Source of the DNA: Candidatus Saccharimonadia bacterium
GTDB taxonomy: Bacteria; Patescibacteriota; Saccharimonadia; Saccharimonadales; 2-12-FULL-41-12
Direction of reading: 5' to 3'
Assembly (NCBI GenBank): GCA_963717365.1
Contig: OY970327.1
Location: 523,599 to 587,598 of the forward strand
Length of the DNA stretch: 64,000 bases
Shown here: piece after piece, positions 62,331 through 64,000 of the stretch
Layout: each line of letters begins with the position of its first letter
Numbering within the stretch: position 1 is the stretch's first letter
The notes under the pieces: generated by a model
Seen by the model: only the letters and a program-made list of their open reading frames with translations
Databases searched by the model: none
What the model was told of the DNA's origin: nothing
Program-made: the position numbers and the translations under genes

Positions 62331-63596
62331 TTATTTCCTCAGTTTTGTTAAGGCGGCGTCCATCTGAGGATCATGCTTTGCAGCCGCGTCTTCTTCTTTG
62401 AGTTCCACTTTTTGATCAGGTTCAATGCCTTCTTTGTCGATATTGCGGCCATTGGGTGTATACCACCGGGCAATCGTAACTTTGAGCACGCCGCCACCGG
62501 TTAATTTGCGCAACTCCTGTACACTTCCTTTGCCATAACTCTTTTCACCGATAATAGTTGCTGCTTCATTATCTTTTAAGGCTCCGGCGGTGATTTCGCT
62601 GGCACTGGCGCTGCCGCCGTTGGTTAGTACGACCGTAGGAATACCAAGTAACGGGGCATTACCGCTGGCGCGGTAGGTTTTCACCACTTTTTCGTTGCGC
62701 TTTTCTTGCAGCACCGTTTTGCCATTTGGCAACCACAGACTTGAAACCTTAACCGAAGCATCCAACAGGCCGCCCGGATCGCCACGGACATCCAGTATTA
62801 CGCCAACCACGTTTTTGGCCTTAAACTCATTAGCGGCTTGTTGAGCCAGCTGCGTAGTATCTTCACCAAAACGACTAATAGTCATGATCCCGATATTACC
62901 TTCGGCGATCTCCCACTTTACACTGGGAATATTGATTTGATCCCGAGTAATTTCAAATGTTAGCGGCCGGCCGTCACGTATCACTTCCAGCTTAACGTTA
63001 GTGCCCTTGGGACCCCGAATTTTTTTTACGGCATCGCTTATGCTGGTATCAAACGTGCTTTCATCGTTAATTTTACTAAGTATATCGCCTGATTTCAGAC
63101 CAGCCTTTTCTGCCGGAAAACCAGCAATTGGTGAGACAATTACAATAACTTGCTCTTCTTTATTCAGCTCGGCGCCAATACCTTCAAATGACCCGCTTAA
63201 TTGTTCGTTAAACTCTTTGCTTTCTTGTTCCGTCATATATTCGGTATACGGGTCTCCGGCCGCTTTAACCAAGCCTTCCTTTAGGCCGTCCTCAAGCTTT
63301 GTGGTGTCGAGCTGTCCGTCAAAACTTTCCTTCAAGTCATCATGTATCTCTTCGATACCATCGTAACTGAGTTCGCCGCTGCCTTGCTGGAGTGAACTAC
63401 GGTATTTTGCATCGCCACCAAAAGCTACCCGGCCATTGCCAATTCCGATGCCTAAAAATAATACCCCGGCCAACAATATAATAGCTCCGCCAGTTCGTAG
63501 AAAGCTCTGCTTCAGTTTTGTTCGCTTTAATTGATCTTGTGATGTGCTTCCGTCATGCACGCGTACGTCATCGTGTTTTTGTTCACCGTGATTCAA
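62331..63596 (-). CDS. ctp: S41 carboxy-terminal processing peptidase with a PDZ domain
   Basis: A TM anchor, a PDZ segment (GFPAEKAGLKSGDIL), and the catalytic region NGGSASASEITAGAL...GEKSYGKG. TTG start after GAGGGAG. Confidence 0.85.
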   Translation of the reverse strand: MNHGEQKHDDVRVHDGSTSQDQLKRTKLKQSFLRTGGAIILLAGVLFLGIGIGNGRVAFGGDAKYRSSLQQGSGELSYDGIEEIHDDLKESFDGQLDTTKLEDGLKEGLVKAAGDPYTEYMTEQESKEFNEQLSGSFEGIGAELNKEEQVIVIVSPIAGFPAEKAGLKSGDILSKINDESTFDTSISDAVKKIRGPKGTNVKLEVIRDGRPLTFEITRDQINIPSVKWEIAEGNIGIMTISRFGEDTTQLAQQAANEFKAKNVVGVILDVRGDPGGLLDASVKVSSLWLPNGKTVLQEKRNEKVVKTYRASGNAPLLGIPTVVLTNGGSASASEITAGALKDNEAATIIGEKSYGKGSVQELRKLTGGGVLKVTIARWYTPNGRNIDKEGIEPDQKVELKEEDAAAKHDPQMDAALTKLRK

Positions 63597-63684
63597 AGAA
63601 ACTCCCTCAATATATTCGTTTGATTGCTGGTAACTATTATAGCCTATGTAGCGCTTATAGTTTGGTTTTTTCAGTATATAGGAC

Positions 63685-64000
63685 TTAAGGGCCAGCTAAT
63701 GCAAAATCATTACGAGCTGCTTTATTAGCCCGCCGTCTTACCATATCATCAAGTACGAATGCCAAGTCATCTAGGTATTGATTCTCATCTCCGTTATACG
63801 AAGGGTCAAGTCCTAGTGTTTCAATACGTTGTTTGAGTGAAAATTTATCTCCAAGTAAATAGTCTTCAAGTATTGTATCGATGGTCGTAAATACTTCTGC
63901 TTTTTCCTCTACTGTGCCACTACAGTATATCTGAATTAAACCATCTAACGTCAGCGGACAATCAGGTGAGTTAAGAATCGATGCAAGTAATTTTCGTTCT
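63685..64000 (-). CDS. hypothetical protein, C-terminal fragment (continues beyond the window)
   Basis: The open minus-strand frame reads ...ERKLLASILNSPDCPLTLDG...DDMVRRRANKAARNDFALAGP with stop TAA at 63685-63687. It is absent from the ORF track because no start lies in the window. Confidence 0.4.
   Translation of the reverse strand, partial: ERKLLASILNSPDCPLTLDGLIQIYCSGTVEEKAEVFTTIDTILEDYLLGDKFSLKQRIETLGLDPSYNGDENQYLDDLAFVLDDMVRRRANKAARNDFALAGP

Overview
Gene-dense bacterial chromosome segment that uses the standard genetic code (full-length conserved genes such as dprA end at TGA). I support about 60 CDS and 2 tRNAs. There is no rRNA, no CRISPR array and no recognisable transposase, integrase or phage gene. 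Housekeeping content: gltX, guaA, der, pth, dprA-topA, a reduced dcw cluster (mraZ-rsmH-ftsL-ftsI-mraY-ftsW-murG-ftsQ), recO, a frameshifted glyQS, xseA-xseB, rpmA, pyrG and ctp. Also present are envelope proteins (sortase, PEGA, DUF3048-like, DUF4367-like), two histidine kinases, four receiver-domain proteins that all lack an output domain, a umuD/umuC-like cassette, a GH1 glycosidase, a Pif1/RecD-type helicase with HRDC, and about 15 lineage-specific hypothetical proteins. The gene mix, small proteins and reduced cell-wall cluster resemble small-genome Patescibacteria/Saccharibacteria-type genomes, but this is inference only because no search was run. Most interesting observations: (1) an ORF-free, roughly 0.4 kb structured locus with its own near-consensus promoter and terminator next to dprA; (2) a two-component pair in which both phospho-sites are substituted (kinase His to Tyr, receiver Asp to Glu); (3) a frameshift in the apparently only glycyl-tRNA synthetase gene seen here; (4) a duplicated tRNA-Glu 3' end enclosing a perfect TCGAAC-N4-GTTCGA palindrome; (5) a recurrent promoter layout implying leaderless mRNAs; (6) a long rod-like structured leader before pyrG; (7) a tightly coupled NYN-NUDIX-PNPOx operon embedded among unknown proteins. 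No protein-coding system here can be called novel with confidence from sequence alone.
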